NCBI GenBank assembly: GCA_021498095.1
Contig: JAIZWK010000001.1
Span: forward strand, 1,050,001 to 1,082,000
DNA: 32,000 bases
Reading direction: 5' to 3'
DNA from: Candidatus Harpocratesius repetitus
GTDB lineage: Archaea > Asgardarchaeota > Lokiarchaeia > Sigyniarchaeales > Promethearchaeaceae
Shown: positions 27,175 to 32,000 of the stretch, one piece after another
Numbering within the stretch: the first letter of the stretch is position 1
Layout: every line of letters starts with the position of its first letter
Position numbers and translations under genes: made by a program
The notes under the pieces: model-generated
What the model was told of the DNA's origin: nothing
The model's input: the letters and a program-made list of their open reading frames with translations, nothing else
Database searches by the model: none

Positions 27175-28278
27175 ATGGATATGGCTAAATGGGAATCTTC
27201 TACTACTAAATTGGAATCATATTTATCACACTATTTTTCATTGATAGAGCAACGAACTGTCTCGTACTATTTACGATGTAAGTCATTACCTGTGGAATTT
27301 GATCCTACTGAGGATTTGACTAAATTATTTGAAATCCATGAAAAAATGAAGGGAAAAATTAAAGAATTGGATGAGTTTAAGCAATTAGATCCAGATCTTC
27401 AATCATTTTTGGATCTAAAATGTGTGATTGCCTCTAAAATGCTTCAAAATTGTAATTTTTGTGAGCGAAATTGTGGTGTTAATAGAAAAAAGGGTGAAAA
27501 AGGATTTTGTGGTCAATCTGAACAAAGTTTTATCTCTTCTGCTTTTCTTCATTGGGGCGAAGAGCAACCACTCGTTCCCAGTGGAACTATATTTTTCAAT
27601 GGATGCACTTTTGATTGTGTTTTCTGCCAAAATTTCGATATTGCATCCCAAGGCAAAAAGAACAATAGTAATATATCAGATAATTTCGATATTGTATTTA
27701 GAAGAAATGATGCTGTTACACCAGAGTATTTGGGAAAAATCGCCACAAGATTGTTCCATCAAGGAGCGTTAAATATCAATTATGTTGGTGGAGACCCAAC
27801 TCCTCATATTCACATAATTCTTGAATCTATGAAATTTCAGCATGAGAATATTTGTCAATTATGGAATTCAAATTTTTATCTTTCTGATTCAGCTCTAACT
27901 ATTCTTTTAGATGTTATGGATCTATGGTTACCTGATTTTAAATATGGAAACGATGAATGTGCATACCGTTATTCAAAAGTTCCTCATTATTGGAGCACAA
28001 TCACTCATAACTTTCTGCGAATTTATCAAGAAGGCTCAAAAAATATCATTATCCGTCATTTAGTAATGCCCAACCATGTTGAATGCTGTACCAAACCGAT
28101 TTTAAAATGGATTGCTGATAATATCCCAAAAGTGGTGGTTAACATCATGGGTCAATATCATCCAGATTACCAAGTTTCTTCTTTAAAGTATTCGGAATTA
28201 AATCGGCGTGTTTCTTCTCATGAGATGCAAAAAGCTTATGAATTCGCCGATAAGCTGAATTTAACAGTATTTCGTTAA
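27175..28278 (+). CDS. pflX: Radical SAM protein, PflX-like (PFL-activating enzyme homolog)
   Basis: CNFCERNCGVNR...GFC, HWGEEQPLVPSGTIFF, CxxxCxxC (CTFDCVFCQN), GGDPTP, LPDFKYG and IIRHLVMP. Confidence 0.88.
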   Translation: MDMAKWESSTTKLESYLSHYFSLIEQRTVSYYLRCKSLPVEFDPTEDLTKLFEIHEKMKGKIKELDEFKQLDPDLQSFLDLKCVIASKMLQNCNFCERNCGVNRKKGEKGFCGQSEQSFISSAFLHWGEEQPLVPSGTIFFNGCTFDCVFCQNFDIASQGKKNNSNISDNFDIVFRRNDAVTPEYLGKIATRLFHQGALNINYVGGDPTPHIHIILESMKFQHENICQLWNSNFYLSDSALTILLDVMDLWLPDFKYGNDECAYRYSKVPHYWSTITHNFLRIYQEGSKNIIIRHLVMPNHVECCTKPILKWIADNIPKVVVNIMGQYHPDYQVSSLKYSELNRRVSSHEMQKAYEFADKLNLTVFR

Positions 28279-28750
28279 AATTGCAATCACTAATTCTACT
28301 ATAAATACAAATATCAAGAAATGATTCAATATAAAATGGCTCAATTTAAATGTAAGATTGAAAATATAAACTTCTCAAGGATGTTCTTGATAATTATAGG
28401 CATAATTGCCAAAAAAAGAGTAAATTTCCTTGTAAATGCTAACGGCTTCACTTCTAACCCGTTTTATAACTTACTAAGAATTATATATAGAATTAATATT
28501 GATAATCAGGACATATAATGGAAACTATGAAGGATAATTACGTTAATTATATTGATTTTAAAAATTACCAAGATTACCAAGATGTAGTATAACCACTTTC
28601 CATTTTCGATGATTACTGGATATATATTTTTAATATTTGTTGGCTGACTTTATTACTCATTTTTATTCGATACAAAGATGATGAGAATTACATATTCCAA
28701 CAAGATACTTTATTAATTCTTGATAAATACGGCTATTCTTATTCTAATTT

Positions 28751-29455
28751 TTAAATAGAAAAGGATTCTTGATCTTCATCATGCTCCAAAAAATTAACTA
28801 TATGCACTTCAAATGGAATAGGTTCCCCTTTGAAATTATACACACCCAAAGTGCTAACATTGAAGGGTGCTCCGATAATTATATTTACATAGAAATTTTT
28901 GAATGTGCGTAAATCCGCTCTACTTGGGTGATAATTTGGAGTGGGGTGAGAATGACATGTGGCAATCAAAGTATTATCTCCTCGAATTCTACTTGGAAAA
29001 AAAACCGCCGAGATTGCTGATGATTCCATGCCTGGTGCAATAACATATTCATGTAACACTCCATTGACAATTCGCAACAGACAAAAGAATTCTTTAGGAT
29101 AAGATGTTTTCGCCATATAGCAAATATCCTGAATGATTTTATCTGAAAAATGCACCTTTTTTCCTGCAATTGTTTCAAATCCACGTTGTAATCCTTGAAG
29201 AATTTGAATCATATCTACAGGTTTTTTTGGATCCCAATTTCTATAGAGTGGAAGAAAATATTCAAAACCTCCAAATGCACGTTTAAATGATTTGGGAAGG
29301 ATTATTTTTGGCTTTTTTGGATATTTACGTAGATCAATTGTAATTGATGTTTTAGGAAACAGTGGAACATTCAAAATTGCTTCTTTTTCAAGAGAACTTC
29401 CTGGAAACTCATCTAAAATATTCGCAATTTGTTCATCGAGATCAAAATTTTCCAT
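28751..29455 (-). CDS. JAB/MPN+ (JAMM) metalloisopeptidase with N-terminal UBC/UEV-like domain
   Basis: YPKEF (catalytic Glu) and HSHPTPNYHPSRAD (HxH-x7-S-x2-D). The N-terminal IDLRKYPKKPKI...L...NWDPKKP..MIQIL resembles the E2/UEV fold and has no Cys. Confidence 0.85.
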   Translation of the reverse strand: MENFDLDEQIANILDEFPGSSLEKEAILNVPLFPKTSITIDLRKYPKKPKIILPKSFKRAFGGFEYFLPLYRNWDPKKPVDMIQILQGLQRGFETIAGKKVHFSDKIIQDICYMAKTSYPKEFFCLLRIVNGVLHEYVIAPGMESSAISAVFFPSRIRGDNTLIATCHSHPTPNYHPSRADLRTFKNFYVNIIIGAPFNVSTLGVYNFKGEPIPFEVHIVNFLEHDEDQESFSI

Positions 29456-29459
29456 TTTT

Positions 29460-29936
29460 TTACCCCCGTAAAGTAGCTCTCATTGTTTGTGGATTTAATA
29501 GTAAATTTAAAGCATCGACGGCAGAGGTTACTATAATATCTGCATTTAATAACGCCTCACGCGCAACCCCTTCTGCACCTAAAATGGCTATGCCAATCTT
29601 AGCATTTTTCAACATTTTGTAATCGTTTCTTCCATTACCTATGGCAACTACATGTTCTTTCCCAAGTTTTTGAACAAAATTTGCCTTTTCTTCTGCACCA
29701 TTTATTTTATTCTTTACAAGATGTAAATGTATTCCCAATTCTCCAGCGATTTTTGTGCCTGTTCCAAATGTATCTGAAGAGAGTAGATAAATCTCCAGCT
29801 TTGATTTTAATTGGTTAATTAATGGAATTATTGCAGGATCGATTTTTCCTTGAGTAGCAATTGTTCCATTTAAATCCATTACTAAATATTCAATCGAAAA
29901 TTCACCGAAATCTTCAATATCAATTTTGATTGGCAT
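29460..29936 (-). CDS. HAD-superfamily hydrolase (soluble P-type ATPase-like)
   Basis: DLNGTIA, LSSDTFGT, K in EEKA, and AIGNGRND...AKIGIA. Start taken at ATG 29936. Confidence 0.88.
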   Translation of the reverse strand: MPIKIDIEDFGEFSIEYLVMDLNGTIATQGKIDPAIIPLINQLKSKLEIYLLSSDTFGTGTKIAGELGIHLHLVKNKINGAEEKANFVQKLGKEHVVAIGNGRNDYKMLKNAKIGIAILGAEGVAREALLNADIIVTSAVDALNLLLNPQTMRATLRG

Positions 29937-29979
29937 AATTCTCTTCTCACTCTTAATAGAACCTAACATTTTACTGCAT

Positions 29980-32000
29980 CTAAATTTGATGGAAATCCGG
30001 TAATTCAGTTAATGAGCAATATTTTTCAACTTCTTCAGATACATCATAGGTTATAATTAAAGTCTGAGTAATTACGTAGTATATAGCACAAAATTCTAAA
30101 AAATGATGTGATTTCCAATTTGATTCTAATTTCTTCATTTTATGGGCTTTCAACCAATTTTTCATTATAGGTACACTACCAATCTTGAAATTCCATAAAT
30201 TTAATGGAAGTTGTATGCTAATTTGCCTTTTTTTTGAAATGTTTTTTTTAATGAAGAAAAGATTTAACTGTTGCTGAACAGGTTCATAACGAAATGAATG
30301 CAAAAAACGTTCCTCGGGGAGTTTATAGAAAAATTTTGCGAGTAATTCTTTTATTGCTTGAAGGTCTTGAGCAGTAAAATTACCAATATGAAGATCTTTG
30401 CATCTTTTACCCGAGATAGCTATTAATTTTATCAGCTTTTCTGATTTAGGATGAGGGATTATTAAGATTTTCGGATATTCGTGCAGTAGAAATGGCAAGA
30501 AGTGTTTTCCATAATAATCAGACAGAAGTAATCCATATATAAAATTCAATATTGTATCCAAATTTATATTCGGGATTATATATTTGAATTTTGAAACAAT
30601 TTCATCTTTTAAGTTTGACTTTCCATCGATATACCAAGGTGCGACCTTTGATGTTGAATATCCAAATAATCCTGAGTCTACCATGCCATACGTTATCCAA
30701 AAATGTCTAAAAGGTGGTTTTTGAACGGATTGGACAAAATTAAATGCTAATTTTTCTTGATCCACAAGGTTTTCAAAGTATTCTGAATGTTTTGTCTTTT
30801 TCTTTTTACTATATGACAATTCTTGAAATCTCTCTGACCAAAATATTTTTTCAGAAAAAATGTGATCTAAAGTAATTGATTTACCGCATCTTCGGTTTAT
30901 TGTGTAAAAAATCGTTGACCTTATATCTAAAGGGCGATAATTTATGGGAGAAATACTCTCTTTCATCTGAGTAAAATTAAAAGATTGGAGCGTTGATTCG
31001 TTTTCTAATAGTGGGTCAAATGCTTTTCGAATTCGTCCTAATTTACGTAACTTTGAAAAATCCTTCTGTTTGAGAAGTCGAATATTTTCTTGAAGTTTTT
31101 TAGCATCTGAGTGCACCATAAATCGATCTCGTGATGATATCATTGCTCGATTTGATTTGAAAAAGCATTCTGGAAGAGAAATACCGAATTGATTCCATAA
31201 ATGTTTGAAATTTAACGGAATATCAATGGGTATATATAAGAATTTTGGAGGGGTTAAATCAAATTCTTGGAAAGTTAAGGATTGGAATCCATTATGAAGA
31301 TGTTTTTTAATTTTTTGAATGGAACCTGTAAGCATTAAGTAATTTACTTTACTGGTATTCATGTTTTGACTGAAATTAGATTTTTTAATTCTTTGATTAC
31401 TTTTTTCTTTTTTTCTTGTTTTACAAAAAAAACTTATGCACACACCAGTCTTAATATTAAAAATGTTGGTATTTCCTTCATTTGAGCCATTTTTTGGGTT
31501 TCGTACATCTCCAAACAGATCAATTATATATATTTTATCAAATGAATTTGCCATTGCTTGACGAAATCCATAGAAAATCTTACCATCTAAAAATTTCCTA
31601 TTAGAAATGAAAGCAATTATTCCCAATCCATGTTGTTCCAACAACCAATCACTATATCTAAAGAATTTTACGTAATCATCATACAATCTGGTTAAATTTG
31701 GTTCTGGAACCGCGTATTTCTGCATTAGTTCTGTTATCCAACCTTCTTTATTGGCACTCGAAACCGAATATGGGGGATTTCCAACTATTATTAAAGGAAT
31801 TGTGTCAGATGTGTAATCTTCTCGAAACAATTTTAAGTTGATTGGCTCTAAAGCAGAATTGAATGAAATTTTTAAAATTTGGTTTAATTCCTTAATTTTA
31901 TACAATGACTTTAGATATTCAGTCAATATCATGCCAACGAAATAGATTTCTGGTTTAATCTCATTTCCATACATTTTTATATTTATTTGAGGTGAATTAA
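29980..32000 (-). CDS. Type ISP-like restriction-modification protein: N6-adenine methyltransferase plus C-terminal specificity domain; 5' end outside the window
   Basis: GNPPYS (motif IV), DDYVKFFR, IYIIDLFGD, YRPLD and FKIGS...KNWLK. The frame is open from ATG 31974 to the window edge and motif I is not in the window. Confidence 0.8.
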   Translation of the reverse strand, partial: NSPQINIKMYGNEIKPEIYFVGMILTEYLKSLYKIKELNQILKISFNSALEPINLKLFREDYTSDTIPLIIVGNPPYSVSSANKEGWITELMQKYAVPEPNLTRLYDDYVKFFRYSDWLLEQHGLGIIAFISNRKFLDGKIFYGFRQAMANSFDKIYIIDLFGDVRNPKNGSNEGNTNIFNIKTGVCISFFCKTRKKEKSNQRIKKSNFSQNMNTSKVNYLMLTGSIQKIKKHLHNGFQSLTFQEFDLTPPKFLYIPIDIPLNFKHLWNQFGISLPECFFKSNRAMISSRDRFMVHSDAKKLQENIRLLKQKDFSKLRKLGRIRKAFDPLLENESTLQSFNFTQMKESISPINYRPLDIRSTIFYTINRRCGKSITLDHIFSEKIFWSERFQELSYSKKKKTKHSEYFENLVDQEKLAFNFVQSVQKPPFRHFWITYGMVDSGLFGYSTSKVAPWYIDGKSNLKDEIVSKFKYIIPNINLDTILNFIYGLLLSDYYGKHFLPFLLHEYPKILIIPHPKSEKLIKLIAISGKRCKDLHIGNFTAQDLQAIKELLAKFFYKLPEERFLHSFRYEPVQQQLNLFFIKKNISKKRQISIQLPLNLWNFKIGSVPIMKNWLKAHKMKKLESNWKSHHFLEFCAIYYVITQTLIITYDVSEEVEKYCSLTELPDFHQI

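Noticed and set aside
28321-28518. 65-aa plus-strand ORF
   Set aside because: Ile/Asn/Phe/Lys-rich composition expected from AT-rich non-coding DNA; no SD or motif.
28564-28583. 9-bp tandem duplication ATTACCAAG x2
   Set aside because: Too short to be meaningful on its own.
13338-29622. Other short track ORFs nested in larger genes (13338, 15378, 17577, 17848, 21425, 21981, 22535, 23093, 23813, 25885, 27415, 27428, 27549, 28966, 29362)
   Set aside because: They overlap supported CDSs and have no motifs or ribosome-binding sites.
31972-31974. ATG 31974 as the true start of the R-M protein
   Set aside because: The frame stays open to the window edge (NSPQINIK-M) and MTase motif I is absent, so the gene most likely begins outside the window.

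Overview
This is an AT-rich archaeal window, most likely from an Asgard archaeon of the Lokiarchaeia/Promethearchaeota type. That assignment is an inference from ZPR1, two longin-like proteins, a UEV-like/JAB fusion, a Loki-CTERM-like tail, an archaeal VapBC pair and GGAGG/GGTG ribosome-binding sites. The backbone carries DUF429, a peroxiredoxin-Fur/PerR divergon, vapBC, a porCDAB 2-oxoacid:ferredoxin oxidoreductase operon, ZPR1, a MoxR/VWA pair, metVF, galT, a bacterial-type thiolase, a YkgJ protein, a PflX-like radical SAM protein, a HAD hydrolase and a type ISP-like adenine methyltransferase cut by the window edge. Two accessory or decaying stretches are present. The first (about 7.1-11.9 kb) holds a TGA-interrupted frame, an amber-split subtilisin, a DUF285/BspA repeat surface protein and a structured ncRNA candidate. 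The second (about 24.9-27.2 kb) holds orphan or interrupted ORFs and two GC-rich hairpins. The best leads are a Cys-less E2/UEV-like domain fused to an intact JAMM isopeptidase, a longin-disordered linker-wHTH protein, the 11.5 kb RNA candidate and the stop-interrupted frames. No rRNA, canonical tRNA, CRISPR array or transposase was found. All domain calls come from motifs read by eye; no database searches were run.
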